From the IMG/VR virus record IMGVR_UViG_3300046007_014223, positions 18,802 through 82,801 of that record: a stretch of DNA of 64,000 nucleotides, one strand, 5' to 3'. Each line of letters opens with the position of its first letter. Within the stretch, counting starts at the first letter, position 1. The stretch comes from a virus. Made by a program: the position numbers and the translations under genes. Shown here one piece after another: positions 36,940 through 46,874 of this stretch. The notes under the pieces were generated by a model, which saw only the letters and a program-made list of their open reading frames with translations, had not been told where the DNA came from and ran no database searches.

Positions 36940-38646
36940 TTATTTATAAAATCGCTCTTTTTCAAAGGGGTTAGTATCATACCAAGATTGTTTCAACTTA
37001 TTCATATATTCGTTCATATCGCCTGTTATCCATAAATCACCTGCCATTACTTCAGCAGAAACTTTTTCCGGTACCCCAGTATTTAACATACCAAAAGGTG
37101 TCAGTTCGTCTTCAATTTGTTTCATTTGATTTTCAAACAATGCATTTCGAAGATTGACGTTAGTCAATTCTTTAAAATAAGGATCTTTACTTGCCCATGC
37201 TAATAGAACAAGTGTCATAACTAAATCATCATGATAACCTTCATCCGCACCGTAAACGCCGCCGCGCACTTCGATGAAAGTTGACAATTCAGATATTATA
37301 TCCTTATCGAAGATCAGTAACTTTTTTGTTTCGATGAGTGTTTTTAAATTTGAACAACCAATTCTTTTGACCTGTTTGGTTGTTCTAACGCCCATCAATG
37401 CAGATCCTTTAAATCCGCTTGTAAGAAACTGACCGCTTTTTGTGCTTGATCCTACTCTGAAAATGTTTTCGTATTCTAAATCTGAATGTAAAATATCAGC
37501 TATCTGTTGTCCAATATCATTAATCTCAACTAAAACATAAGCATTGTTAAAGTCCTTTGCAACCTTATGTATTATGTCAGGGTACAATAAGGGACTAATT
37601 TTATTGTTTCTATATTTACCCACGACCTTGTACGGAACAGACGTAACATCAGTTAATGTAAATGCTGAATAATCTCCGCCTACACCTCGCGAAGTATCTA
37701 CAACTACAACATATTGACGATCTTTTTGTGGTTCTTCAAGAATATCCAACCCATCTTCAGTTGTAAATACGTAAGGTGTTGCAGAAAGAGATGCAATAAC
37801 ATCTCCTGAAATAAGAGAAGCAGAAGATCCGATAAATGAGCAAAGCACCTCTTGATTGAACTTCAGATCGCCAAGAAGTTTACGCTGCTCTTCTGCCCAC
37901 TTTTCATCTCGATTTGGATGTTCGTTGTATTTTACACGATAAGAAACAAAACCATTTGTTCCTTGTTCAGCATCATTCCAAAACTTCCAAAAGTGGTTAT
38001 AACCCAAAGGTGTAGACGTTAATATAATCTTGGTTGTTGAACCTGCCGAAACCACGGGATAAACAGCAGTGAAAAATTCTTCAGCGATGTTATTTGGAAT
38101 AATAGCTGTTTCGTCAACGTAAAGCAAGTTAACAGAACGACCACGAACACCCGACTTACTTGTCGCCGCAGTAAAAACAATCGATCCGTTTTCCAATTCA
38201 ATATCCCCTTTATTCCAGGTGCGAATACCTTGCTGAAGGAATAAAGGAAGGTGCTCATACATCAACTGATAACGAAACATTATCTCTCGCGCTGCGTTAG
38301 CTTTATTAGCTAAAATAGCAACTGTTTTATTTGCTTGAAAAAGAGTATACCACAAACAATAAGCAGCGACAACTTGTGACTTGCCCATCTGTCGCGGCTG
38401 CATACTTATAACTTTTCTATTATTTTCAATAATATCGATAAATTTTTTCTGATAATCATAAAGATCAAAGTCAACAAGGCCCAAGTCAAGCGAAACTATT
38501 TTACAATACTTTTGAATAAAATAAATGGGATCGCGCGCGCACGCGACAAGTTCTTTTACTTGATCTTGAGAAAACTGAATAGGATACCCGACTTGCTTAA
38601 GGCGAGTATTTCCATTATAACTATTCTTTAATTTATTCTGAATCAA
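36940..38646 (-). CDS. 17: gp17 terminase large subunit
   Basis: PRQMGKS, ILANK, LLYVDETA, TSTPLG, DTSRGVGGDYS, HDDLVM. Confidence 0.97.
   Translation of the reverse strand: MIQNKLKNSYNGNTRLKQVGYPIQFSQDQVKELVACARDPIYFIQKYCKIVSLDLGLVDFDLYDYQKKFIDIIENNRKVISMQPRQMGKSQVVAAYCLWYTLFQANKTVAILANKANAAREIMFRYQLMYEHLPLFLQQGIRTWNKGDIELENGSIVFTAATSKSGVRGRSVNLLYVDETAIIPNNIAEEFFTAVYPVVSAGSTTKIILTSTPLGYNHFWKFWNDAEQGTNGFVSYRVKYNEHPNRDEKWAEEQRKLLGDLKFNQEVLCSFIGSSASLISGDVIASLSATPYVFTTEDGLDILEEPQKDRQYVVVVDTSRGVGGDYSAFTLTDVTSVPYKVVGKYRNNKISPLLYPDIIHKVAKDFNNAYVLVEINDIGQQIADILHSDLEYENIFRVGSSTKSGQFLTSGFKGSALMGVRTTKQVKRIGCSNLKTLIETKKLLIFDKDIISELSTFIEVRGGVYGADEGYHDDLVMTLVLLAWASKDPYFKELTNVNLRNALFENQMKQIEDELTPFGMLNTGVPEKVSAEVMAGDLWITGDMNEYMNKLKQSWYDTNPFEKERFYK
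36941..36948 (-). promoter_or_regulatory. Late promoter TATAAATA for gp18
   Basis: Exact motif overlapping the gp17 stop; a second variant, AATAAATA, lies at 36909-36916. Confidence 0.7.
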
Positions 38647-39034
38647 TTGTCTTAGTGTCTTGTTGCTTTATCATTCGCAACAAGTCCTCCGTTGATCCTG
38701 CAAAGACAATGTTGTTTTGTTGTGCTATTTGAGCTGCAGCAACAGGAGATTCTTTTGGGTTATCTAATTCAAATTTTTGCTTTTTCAATGTCAAAAGATC
38801 TTTAGCGACATCTGACATTGTTTTCATAATCTGTCCTGCAACCTCATAACTACGAGGATGCTCTGAACTTCTAGCCAAAGAAATAACATCATCCAAAGCA
38901 TTCCTACCTTGTGTTATAACCTCTCGCAAGGTATCACGAGCAAGTTCATAATCGTCATCATGTTGAACTTCTCGCAAAACTCTTTGTGATTCACGAGGTT
39001 CTATATTAAATACCTCATTTAGTTTATCAGTCAT
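38633..39034 (-). CDS. 16: gp16 terminase small subunit
   Basis: DDYELAR..L, SEHPRSYEVAGQ, NNIVFAGSTEDL; upstream of gp17. Confidence 0.9.
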   Translation of the reverse strand: MTDKLNEVFNIEPRESQRVLREVQHDDDYELARDTLREVITQGRNALDDVISLARSSEHPRSYEVAGQIMKTMSDVAKDLLTLKKQKFELDNPKESPVAAAQIAQQNNIVFAGSTEDLLRMIKQQDTKTIDSE

Positions 39035-39785
39035 CTAATCCCTCAAATGTCTCTACAAAAACAATCGTATTGCCGGGGTAAACATTTGCTGTAGTTGTTA
39101 CAGAATAGTTAAACATTAGATTGCTTAATTCAGGATCAGAATACGTATTAACTTTAGCTGTTCTAATAACACCCTGCTTGGAAGAGGGCCCATAGAAGTT
39201 AACTTTCATTGTAAATGATAAGGTCCAAATAATCGCTCTACGTTCTGTAAACTCTCCATCATAACTATCAGAAAATTCTATATTATCAAGGATTATTGGA
39301 ATATCATGCTTAATGTTTAATTCGGGCACTGCTTTAATGGTTAAATTAAAGTCTGGATTAAAATAAGGAAGAATTTGTTCTATTACTTGTAATGCATCAT
39401 CAGAATTTTTTGCGTAGATATAAAGATTTATTAAAATATTATAAGGAACAGGAGCGTATTGTGTTGTAAGTGTGTTGTTTGTTGAATTCACATACCTATT
39501 TTGTTGAACCGCAGATATCTTTCTTGTTGAATCATATGTTATTTTTACTAATTCAAAAGACATACGAGGCAGAACAATTTGAACATTTCTCTCTTCTGCG
39601 TTAGGTAATTGATCTATTCTTGCAAGAAATTTTTGTCTCGGGGCGTATGCAAGTGGAACACGAATCGATTTGTTAATTGATCCATTAGCATTTAGACGTT
39701 CTATTTCAACGTTATTGAAAAGATTTCCAAATGCAATGATGCATTTACGAATTGTACCCCAATAAAAGCGTCCGGTGCTTAACAT
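39027..39785 (-). CDS. 15: gp15 tail terminator / proximal sheath stabilizer
   Basis: FGNLFNN, VPLAYAP.QKFL, LPRMSFE, QVIEQILPYFNP, YDGEF..RR.IIWTL.F. Confidence 0.93.
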   Translation of the reverse strand: MLSTGRFYWGTIRKCIIAFGNLFNNVEIERLNANGSINKSIRVPLAYAPRQKFLARIDQLPNAEERNVQIVLPRMSFELVKITYDSTRKISAVQQNRYVNSTNNTLTTQYAPVPYNILINLYIYAKNSDDALQVIEQILPYFNPDFNLTIKAVPELNIKHDIPIILDNIEFSDSYDGEFTERRAIIWTLSFTMKVNFYGPSSKQGVIRTAKVNTYSDPELSNLMFNYSVTTTANVYPGNTIVFVETFEGLDD

Positions 39786-40531
39786 TATCGTGTATATACC
39801 TCACCAAAAGGGTTGCGCTCTGTAAAATCAAGAATATCAGATATGTTAGTATCAAAATCATCATTTTGAGCATTTTTGTCGGTAGTGTTTATGTCAAATG
39901 TTTCAATGAGAAGCTCAGATGGTCTGTCTGTTTCCAAAAGAAAAGGTGTGCTATCTTCTAATTCTAATGCAAAAACATCGACCCCCTGATTAATCTTATC
40001 TTCGATTTCATCAATCTCTCGAATTTCAGTGTTAATATTTTCATGACTATATTGAAATAGTTCACACTCAAGTTTATAAACATAAAGTTTACCCACCTGA
40101 AAGAATGGATCTTTTACTTCAACATATTTAATTTCGAAAAATGATTTCGTCACAGGAAAATATAATAAATCCCCCTCTGCAGGTCGATTCACTAAAACAC
40201 TAGCTTTCTTCCTACCGACTGATTGTTCCCATCTTCTACGAGCTATAATAAAAGTAGCGGTATCTTGTATTTCTACACCGAACTTACTTAAAAGATCTGT
40301 ACCTCCAAACCCTGTAGTATTCTCCAAATAAGCTTCTAATGGAAACGCATCTTCATACTTATTTGTGGGGTCTTCATTTAAAATTAAATCACGGTTAACA
40401 GCAACACGCGGAATATAATAACAATCAAATCCATAAATTTTTAAACATTCAATAATAAGATCTTCATGAAGAAGCGACTCTGATCGCTTCCCCATCGGTA
40501 TTCCACTTTGAAAATAGAAATTTGTTGGCAT
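39785..40531 (-). CDS. 14: gp14 neck protein
   Basis: YYIPR, LSKFGVEIQD, RPAEGDLLYFP, PFFQVGK.YVYKL.CELFQYS, DFTERNPFGE. Confidence 0.93.
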   Translation of the reverse strand: MPTNFYFQSGIPMGKRSESLLHEDLIIECLKIYGFDCYYIPRVAVNRDLILNEDPTNKYEDAFPLEAYLENTTGFGGTDLLSKFGVEIQDTATFIIARRRWEQSVGRKKASVLVNRPAEGDLLYFPVTKSFFEIKYVEVKDPFFQVGKLYVYKLECELFQYSHENINTEIREIDEIEDKINQGVDVFALELEDSTPFLLETDRPSELLIETFDINTTDKNAQNDDFDTNISDILDFTERNPFGEVYTR

Positions 40532-40595
40532 TACTTATCTTGTGTATTGTTATTTAATTGACATGGGTGTACAATTGCTTTGTCAGGAATGATGA

Positions 40596-41555
40596 TTAAC
40601 CAACAAAAAAGTCAGTAGGCAATTCAAATCTTGACTGAACTTCATCTTCAATTTTTTGTATCTCTTCTAAAGCCTCTTCGAAGATTTTTTGTCCATTCAA
40701 AGTGACACCGCCGGGTAACTGAACACCTTCAAATTTCTTTAGGTTCTCTCCCCACTGTCGTTTCAAAAGAGCTGTTGCATATCTTTTAAGGAACATATCA
40801 TTATAAACATCAGTATACGTGCTTGGATCTAGAATTCTAAAGGCATTAACAATTAAGTAATCACCCAATCCTGCGTCTTTTTCCCAATCCATATCAACAA
40901 ACAATTTATTCATATGTCGATTATAGCGGAAAGGTTTTTCTCCAACAAGAAGCATATTAATCATTTGAAGGTGATTCTGAATCATTGTATAATGAATCAT
41001 GTCTACTGACATAAGATTATACAAATCTTGAACCAACATTTGATACCGAATATCAAATAAGTTTATGCCTGATGTTCGGTTATAGAAAGGTAAAACTTTC
41101 TTGATTCCATACACTGCATCAGAAATAGGGAAGTAACGATTATCGTATGTACCCTTTGAAAAGGAAGTGACAACACCTGTTGCACCAGAATCAGCAATTA
41201 CTGTTTCTCCTGCTGTGAAATCTACGTCTTGAGTTGTCTTGTAAACTTGAATTAAGTTTCCTGAGAGAGGTGTAGAGACAACTGTTGTTAAAACACCAGA
41301 AGTTTGACCCGTAATTTTTTCACCACCGACAAATGCATTTGCAGTATTGGTAGTTAAAATTAAGTTTGAGGAAGTAATCTGTGCCTTCAGATAAACTTCT
41401 TCCACAGCATCGAAGTGATATTCTCGATAGAATTGTAAAGCATCATCTATTCTATCTTCTATCTGGTCATCATCAACGTTAATTTCAATAACGGGGTGAC
41501 CTAGTCGACGCAAGCAATAATCTATTAATTCTTGTCTAGATGATACAGAAGCCAT
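40596..41555 (-). CDS. 13: gp13 neck protein
   Basis: LIDYCLRRLG.PVIEINV..DQIEDRID, YNDMFLKRYATAL.K.QWG.NL.KF.GVQLPGGVTLNG. Confidence 0.95.
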   Translation of the reverse strand: MASVSSRQELIDYCLRRLGHPVIEINVDDDQIEDRIDDALQFYREYHFDAVEEVYLKAQITSSNLILTTNTANAFVGGEKITGQTSGVLTTVVSTPLSGNLIQVYKTTQDVDFTAGETVIADSGATGVVTSFSKGTYDNRYFPISDAVYGIKKVLPFYNRTSGINLFDIRYQMLVQDLYNLMSVDMIHYTMIQNHLQMINMLLVGEKPFRYNRHMNKLFVDMDWEKDAGLGDYLIVNAFRILDPSTYTDVYNDMFLKRYATALLKRQWGENLKKFEGVQLPGGVTLNGQKIFEEALEEIQKIEDEVQSRFELPTDFFVG

Positions 41556-41578
41556 AACAGTCCCTATAAGTTTCTGAA

Positions 41579-41586
41579 TATTTATA
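41579..41586 (-). promoter_or_regulatory. Late promoter TATAAATA for gp13
   Basis: Exact motif in the intergenic gap. Confidence 0.8.
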
Positions 41587-41600
41587 AGGACTGTAAGTTA

Positions 41601-42437
41601 CTACTTCAGGCCCATTGTTTTACGTATTTTTGTGGCACTAATTGAGTGTATATTATCATCAAAAACTTCTTGCTCTATCTTATATCCCACATCTCGACCA
41701 TACGTTATATTTACAATGTTGGGGACTGCAATAATCTCATACTGACCTTGATAATGAGGGTCTAGATCTCTGCGAATAAAGTTTTTAACTTGCTGAATTG
41801 CAAAGGGATTACTATCATTCCACCCCTGACAATCACGAATCATAATACAAACTTGACCCGTTTTAGCAAGAGCTCTTTCGAATAGTGCACGATGACCTGC
41901 ATGCCAAGGTTGCCATCGGCCCAACATTTGAACGCTTTCTTTTTGCCAATCAAATCTTGGACGACGAAGATTTTGCACAATTCTTTCACCCACATAAGGA
42001 ACCCATGCTTCAGCATTTTGTTCTGTTATACGAAAATCATACTGTTCTGGTGGTATAAATGCCTTATTTGTGTCATCAAATCTACCTTCTGCAATGGTAT
42101 CCATCCAGATTGTCCAATCTGCTTTAAAGTTGTTTCGCATCTCTACAAGAGGCGCTACAAAATCGCAAATTACATATTCTTCATTACAAGAAAGAGCGAA
42201 TTCAAGCATTCGAATAGATTGACGAATTCTTCCTTCAGTGGTGAAATCCCAATCATTATACTTTCTTCGTACTTCGTCAGCATTAAACCACTTTACTCGA
42301 GCGTTTAGGTTTTGAAAGGGTGTATCAGGTGCAGATGATAGATCCCTTTTTCCGTGCTTCTCAAGGTAAATTTTTAATCTTTCTGCAAAGTATGTCTTTC
42401 CTGCCCCAGGAAGACCCATAATAAGAATTTTTTGCAT
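41601..42437 (-). CDS. Adenylylsulfate kinase-like P-loop domain fused to an HxGH nucleotidyltransferase domain
   Basis: N-terminal IMGLPGAGKT, NADEVR, DFTTEGRIRQ, DFVAP (CysC-like). C-terminal MLGRWQPWHAGH...YGRDVGY...ISATKIR (cytidylyltransferase-like). Confidence 0.75.
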   Translation of the reverse strand: MQKILIMGLPGAGKTYFAERLKIYLEKHGKRDLSSAPDTPFQNLNARVKWFNADEVRRKYNDWDFTTEGRIRQSIRMLEFALSCNEEYVICDFVAPLVEMRNNFKADWTIWMDTIAEGRFDDTNKAFIPPEQYDFRITEQNAEAWVPYVGERIVQNLRRPRFDWQKESVQMLGRWQPWHAGHRALFERALAKTGQVCIMIRDCQGWNDSNPFAIQQVKNFIRRDLDPHYQGQYEIIAVPNIVNITYGRDVGYKIEQEVFDDNIHSISATKIRKTMGLK

Positions 42438-42438
42438 A

Positions 42439-42696
42439 TTAAGCCAACGCTGCCTTTCCATTAGTAATTGCTGCTGTAAGATCGGATAGATCGCCCCCAA
42501 GTTCAACAACTTGTGGATCTGACATAACGATTTCTAAATGAGCAACGTTGCGTTCAATATTTCCGCGACCTTCTTCTGAAAGCACTCCTGTGTCAGCTTT
42601 CTTTTGAAGTTCATTTGTAACAACCCAAACGCTGTCACGTGCTGCTCGTACTGTTCCATCTACTCTTTGCTGTGCTGTTAGTTGTTGTTCAAGCAT
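42439..42696 (-). CDS. Hypothetical protein, 85 aa
   Basis: Tightly packed between the sulfotransferase and the kinase. Confidence 0.6.
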   Translation of the reverse strand: MLEQQLTAQQRVDGTVRAARDSVWVVTNELQKKADTGVLSEEGRGNIERNVAHLEIVMSDPQVVELGGDLSDLTAAITNGKAALA

Positions 42697-42697
42697 T

Positions 42698-43630
42698 TTA
42701 AGCTCCTATTATAAATGAAGGATTTTCTTGTGTTATGGGGAGTTCATTATCTGGAAGAAATTCTTCTTGAGGAATTTCTTCATTCATTGTACGCCAAAAT
42801 TCAGCGTTCTTACATTTATTTATAATTGTTTCAGATAAAATTTCAGCAGGATTTATACCACGACGACCCAAAGTTGTACGAACATCATGCATGTCTGCCA
42901 TTCCATATACTTGACCATCGTTTTCTTGGTGAATATTTACCAGGTTTGCAAAGTCATGTTTGAAGTAGTCCTCTTCAAGAAAGTCGTAAATTTTTTCCAT
43001 GGTATCTTGTGGATTATCAAGTAAATCATCATATTCGACAAAGTGTAAAGCCCTTTGTTGTCCTTGCATGATGCATTGCTTTAACCCCTCATAACTTTGA
43101 CCTAAAATGCCCATGGGGCTTGCTAATAGCTCACATCGATTATCATCTGTTAGTGGGAGATTTGATTTAACAAGCATTTCATCAAGAAAATTAAGTTTTA
43201 CGCTATCAACTTTTTGAAGATTTCTTCTTTGCATTGCGATGAACGATGCAAGGATTTCATCAATACTTCTAACAGGGCAAATAACTTTTGGCTGAATGCC
43301 AAAGTATCCTGAAATATAATGTAACCGATTAACCCATGATCTGTTTTTATCAATGATTACGGGTTTGTCAACATCCATATAAAATTGTGGCAAAATGTTT
43401 GCAATCATTTGTGCAGCAATTTGTGGTTTTGGATACGCTAAAAACAATTCATCTTGTGCCAAAGATGTTTCAAGAGCAAGCATCGTAGGCACTACAGGCG
43501 AGCTAGGTCCGGAATAGATTCGTGGATTTTGATTTAAAATAGCAGATAATAGAGTGCTACCCGCTCGAGGCAGTCCTGCCATAAAGTAATAAGATTTTGG
43601 TTCAATTTGTTTTGGGGGTTCATTAGCCAT
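42698..43630 (-). CDS. Sulfotransferase family protein
   Basis: 5'-PSB loop AGLPRAGSTLL, IDKNRSW, 3'-PB region ICPVRSIDEILAS, VEYDDLLDNP..TM.KIYDFL. Confidence 0.88.
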   Translation of the reverse strand: MANEPPKQIEPKSYYFMAGLPRAGSTLLSAILNQNPRIYSGPSSPVVPTMLALETSLAQDELFLAYPKPQIAAQMIANILPQFYMDVDKPVIIDKNRSWVNRLHYISGYFGIQPKVICPVRSIDEILASFIAMQRRNLQKVDSVKLNFLDEMLVKSNLPLTDDNRCELLASPMGILGQSYEGLKQCIMQGQQRALHFVEYDDLLDNPQDTMEKIYDFLEEDYFKHDFANLVNIHQENDGQVYGMADMHDVRTTLGRRGINPAEILSETIINKCKNAEFWRTMNEEIPQEEFLPDNELPITQENPSFIIGA

Positions 43631-43639
43631 AATAATCTC

Positions 43640-44539
43640 CTATTGCTTGTCCACAGATTCAATAATCTTATTTACATCAAACAATTTTACATCTTCTGTG
43701 AAAGGATATTCATGTTCATTCCCGTTAAAATCAAAGTCAAATAGATAGCTTCCGGGAAGTTTAAAGTCGTATGGAATTTCTGTGCAAATATTATCATGCA
43801 TATCATAACCAAATACCTTGGGGCTTGTTCCATTCCATAAAACGGTTGATTTTTTATTCATTGCAGCCGCGGCGTGTTGCAAACTTGAATCGATTAAAAT
43901 TCTTTTTTTTGCATGGAGTAAAATGGTAAAAAATTCAATCAAACTTAAAGATTGTTGAGGTGTAGCAAAAATGTGTTCTGCTCCATCAAGTTTTGGTGAG
44001 TTAAATTTTGTTACCTGATAGATGTGATAATCATTTTTGTAATGATTAATAAGATCCTGAGCAATATCGGGAGGCATGTCACGTGTCCATGCATATGGTT
44101 TTGCGTCAGTTGCCATCAATCCCCCGTTTGTATGAATCAACATTAGAGGTTTGTTTCTTTGCCAGAAAGTTTTTGATAAGTCAAATTGCAACTTGTTAAA
44201 CTTTAAAATTGGCATTTCATTATTATACTTCAATCCATACATCTCACACCAGTTAGGGATAAGTCTTTTTCTTTTGTGAATGTGATTTGTAGTAAAGTAG
44301 GGTTCGTGATGGAACAAAATAGAATCTTTATCTTGAACATACCTTTGATAAAAATAACTTGTATTACCCAAAGTATATACACGTTCGACAAAGTTTAGAT
44401 TTATAAACAAATCTGGGTAAGCACAAACCACAATTAGTTTTCTATCTGGGTAGTTGTTTTTAATGCACCTTGCTACAGCGGTCGCTGCTACATGTTTACC
44501 AATCCCCCCTTGAAGGTGGAAAATACTATATTTACTCAT
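43640..44539 (-). CDS. GT-B glycosyltransferase, GT9/heptosyltransferase-like
   Basis: GGIGKHVAATAV, LIVVCAYP, LIDSSLQHAAAA.NKKSTVLW.GT.P..FGY. Confidence 0.6.
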   Translation of the reverse strand: MSKYSIFHLQGGIGKHVAATAVARCIKNNYPDRKLIVVCAYPDLFINLNFVERVYTLGNTSYFYQRYVQDKDSILFHHEPYFTTNHIHKRKRLIPNWCEMYGLKYNNEMPILKFNKLQFDLSKTFWQRNKPLMLIHTNGGLMATDAKPYAWTRDMPPDIAQDLINHYKNDYHIYQVTKFNSPKLDGAEHIFATPQQSLSLIEFFTILLHAKKRILIDSSLQHAAAAMNKKSTVLWNGTSPKVFGYDMHDNICTEIPYDFKLPGSYLFDFDFNGNEHEYPFTEDVKLFDVNKIIESVDKQ

Positions 44540-45261
44540 AATTTCCTCATTGTGTTTTGTACAATTTCCCAATTTCTTCCATTAAAGAAATGATTATATC
44601 GGTACACGTTTACAGTATCAAGATCAATTCTTCTTTGAACACTTTGTTTTATATCTTCACTGACAATAGTTTTTGAAACTACACCATGAATCTTGCTTGT
44701 TTTTAAAGTATAAATATTTTTGCATCGTTGAATCAAATAATCATCCCCATACCACACTTGATATAAACTTGGTATTACACGATAAGATGATCTTTTCACA
44801 AACATACACACACCATAAGCAAAACTCTGCCCACCAATAGGTTGTGACTTATTTACGTTTAAGCGAATAAGTTCTTCTTTTCTATCGGGATGGTTGGTGA
44901 TGTGATAGTTGGTGATACCATCCTTTAAATGCACTCCGATTATGTCTATTTCGGAAAAATCTAAATTTTGCATAAACTCAAAAACACCATCTTCAACATA
45001 TATATCATCGTTTAAAAGATTGATTATATCTGCGTTTGAACGATAGTATCCTTCATTCCATGCAGGGTTCACATAAATATTTTTGCCATAATTAACTAAG
45101 GTCAACTTATCGTGTTTGATTAAATCTTTTGGGCGTTTAACATAATCATTGTCGATTACAATGATCTTATTGATAGACTTACACTCACAATATTTTTTTA
45201 AAGCATCGGGGAAGTTTTCATCTCGCCACATTGTGGGAATAATCACATCAATTTTATTCAT
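44536..45261 (-). CDS. GT2 family glycosyltransferase
   Basis: VIIPTMW, IIVIDN, NIYVNPAWN.G, LLNDDI, WYGDDY. Confidence 0.75.
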   Translation of the reverse strand: MNKIDVIIPTMWRDENFPDALKKYCECKSINKIIVIDNDYVKRPKDLIKHDKLTLVNYGKNIYVNPAWNEGYYRSNADIINLLNDDIYVEDGVFEFMQNLDFSEIDIIGVHLKDGITNYHITNHPDRKEELIRLNVNKSQPIGGQSFAYGVCMFVKRSSYRVIPSLYQVWYGDDYLIQRCKNIYTLKTSKIHGVVSKTIVSEDIKQSVQRRIDLDTVNVYRYNHFFNGRNWEIVQNTMRKL

Positions 45262-46216
45262 ATCTAGATAAGTTTATAATTAATCCATGAGATAATTTTA
45301 TTGCACTTTCAATTGCGTTTGCTACAAGATTGGGTGACTCTGCTGCAGTAAAGAAATATTTGCAAGGCAGATTTTTAATGTGGTGGGGATAGCAGTCACT
45401 CACATTGTGACTCATCGCAACAAAAATCTTGTTAACATTATTTATATTCTCTTTAACATGAGTAAACATGAAAGGACCCGAATTCTTTCCCATGATAGTG
45501 TCACAATGTGTTGACATGTATGCAATCTCATTTAAGTCACAATCAATATTGAATATATCAGAGGTAAAATATACATTGTTTAATTTTGTTTCAAATTTTT
45601 CTGTGCAAATGAAAGTATCAGTCGAATAAGTTTTAGCTAAATGTTCTATTATAGGGGCAAGGTTATCCAATCCGCTTTGCATACTACGAACTTTTCCATT
45701 ACAAATCAAATGTTTTTTACCTTTATGTTGTTGCAGGAAGTTATCAGCTGATTTGATTTCATAAACACTCCAATTTACTTTTGGAACATAAAGTAAAGGA
45801 TTGTCACTCAAAATTATATCACACCCATGGTTCTTATTTAAATAGTCAATTATAAAAGTATAAATTTTATGTAATGACAAGTAATTTGCGTGACCTTCTC
45901 CTGGGAGGTTTGCCACAAACTCTTTGTGGTCGCCCATTCGCGCTTGATTTTGATAAAAGTACGCTCCCACCCATGTGTTGATGTAGATGGTTTCATCTGT
46001 TTCAAAAATCTTATTGTAGTTTAGTTGTTCGACTTGCCATTTTTTCAAATCAGGCTTAAATTGTGTGCGAATAAGATCAGTAACGATCTTTGAATTGCAC
46101 ACATGATAGTAGCCGAACTTTACGTTAGGGAGCGAGTCTTTAATGTGTTTAAGGTAACCTCGACCTGAAAAAACGTCACCATTATGCCACAGATTGTAGA
46201 ATAGAATGTTTTTCAT
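45254..46216 (-). CDS. Hypothetical protein, probable GT-B glycosyltransferase; paralog of 6232-7140
   Basis: NLWHNGDVF, INTWVG, LICNGKVRSMQS, CDLNEIAYMSTHCDTIMGKNSGPF. Confidence 0.45.
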   Translation of the reverse strand: MKNILFYNLWHNGDVFSGRGYLKHIKDSLPNVKFGYYHVCNSKIVTDLIRTQFKPDLKKWQVEQLNYNKIFETDETIYINTWVGAYFYQNQARMGDHKEFVANLPGEGHANYLSLHKIYTFIIDYLNKNHGCDIILSDNPLLYVPKVNWSVYEIKSADNFLQQHKGKKHLICNGKVRSMQSGLDNLAPIIEHLAKTYSTDTFICTEKFETKLNNVYFTSDIFNIDCDLNEIAYMSTHCDTIMGKNSGPFMFTHVKENINNVNKIFVAMSHNVSDCYPHHIKNLPCKYFFTAAESPNLVANAIESAIKLSHGLIINLSRYE

Positions 46217-46853
46217 TATAATCTTTTTCAAAGTTACCTTTGTACATTTTAACACCCAAATGAGCTACAGTGTGTTTGGGGTTAACCCAAATTTCATAAC
46301 CCAACTCTTTTATCTTTCGTGATAAAGTGATATCTTCACCGACGAATGAATCATTCCGAACAGAAAATTCACAAATGTTTTTTAAAATTTTACCTCGAAA
46401 AGATATTTCAGGATTGGATTGCCATAAGTCAGTTAACACTTTTCGAGACAGCTTTACAAACCCAGTTCCAACTTTTTGAACGTTGATATATCCATCTGTA
46501 GGATCAACTTTACTATTCTCCGAAAGGTAGACATTATATTCAATCTTTTTGTCACCCTTATTGACAACGGGAACAGCAACGACATCCTTCGGAGACTTAA
46601 GAATTTCAATGAGAATATTCGGACTCCAGTATTCATCATCATCGATGAATACCATGTGATCATAACCTTGAGTATAAGCAAGGTTGAACAATTCGTTTCT
46701 TGCCATGGGGAGAATTGATTCATTAGAAAGGAAGACTGCGTTAATCGCAAGATCTTCTTTCAACCCCAATTTAATTGATTCACATAAACTGTGAACATAA
46801 TATGCATCAACTTTACCATATAAACATGGTGTGGCTATCAAAATCTTTTTCAT
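46182..46853 (-). CDS. GT-A fold (GT2-like) glycosyltransferase; paralog of 26637-27464
   Basis: LIATPCLYG, NESILPMARN, FIDDD, VGTGFVKLSR, GEDITL, VAHLG. Confidence 0.75.
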   Translation of the reverse strand: MKKILIATPCLYGKVDAYYVHSLCESIKLGLKEDLAINAVFLSNESILPMARNELFNLAYTQGYDHMVFIDDDEYWSPNILIEILKSPKDVVAVPVVNKGDKKIEYNVYLSENSKVDPTDGYINVQKVGTGFVKLSRKVLTDLWQSNPEISFRGKILKNICEFSVRNDSFVGEDITLSRKIKELGYEIWVNPKHTVAHLGVKMYKGNFEKDYNEKHSILQSVA

Positions 46854-46874
46854 AATGTATCTCCATAAAAATAA

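Noticed and set aside
40558-40575. TTGACA...TACAAT read as a promoter pair
   Set aside because: The spacer is only 6 nt; only the alternative TTGTTA-N17-TACAAT pairing is geometrically plausible.
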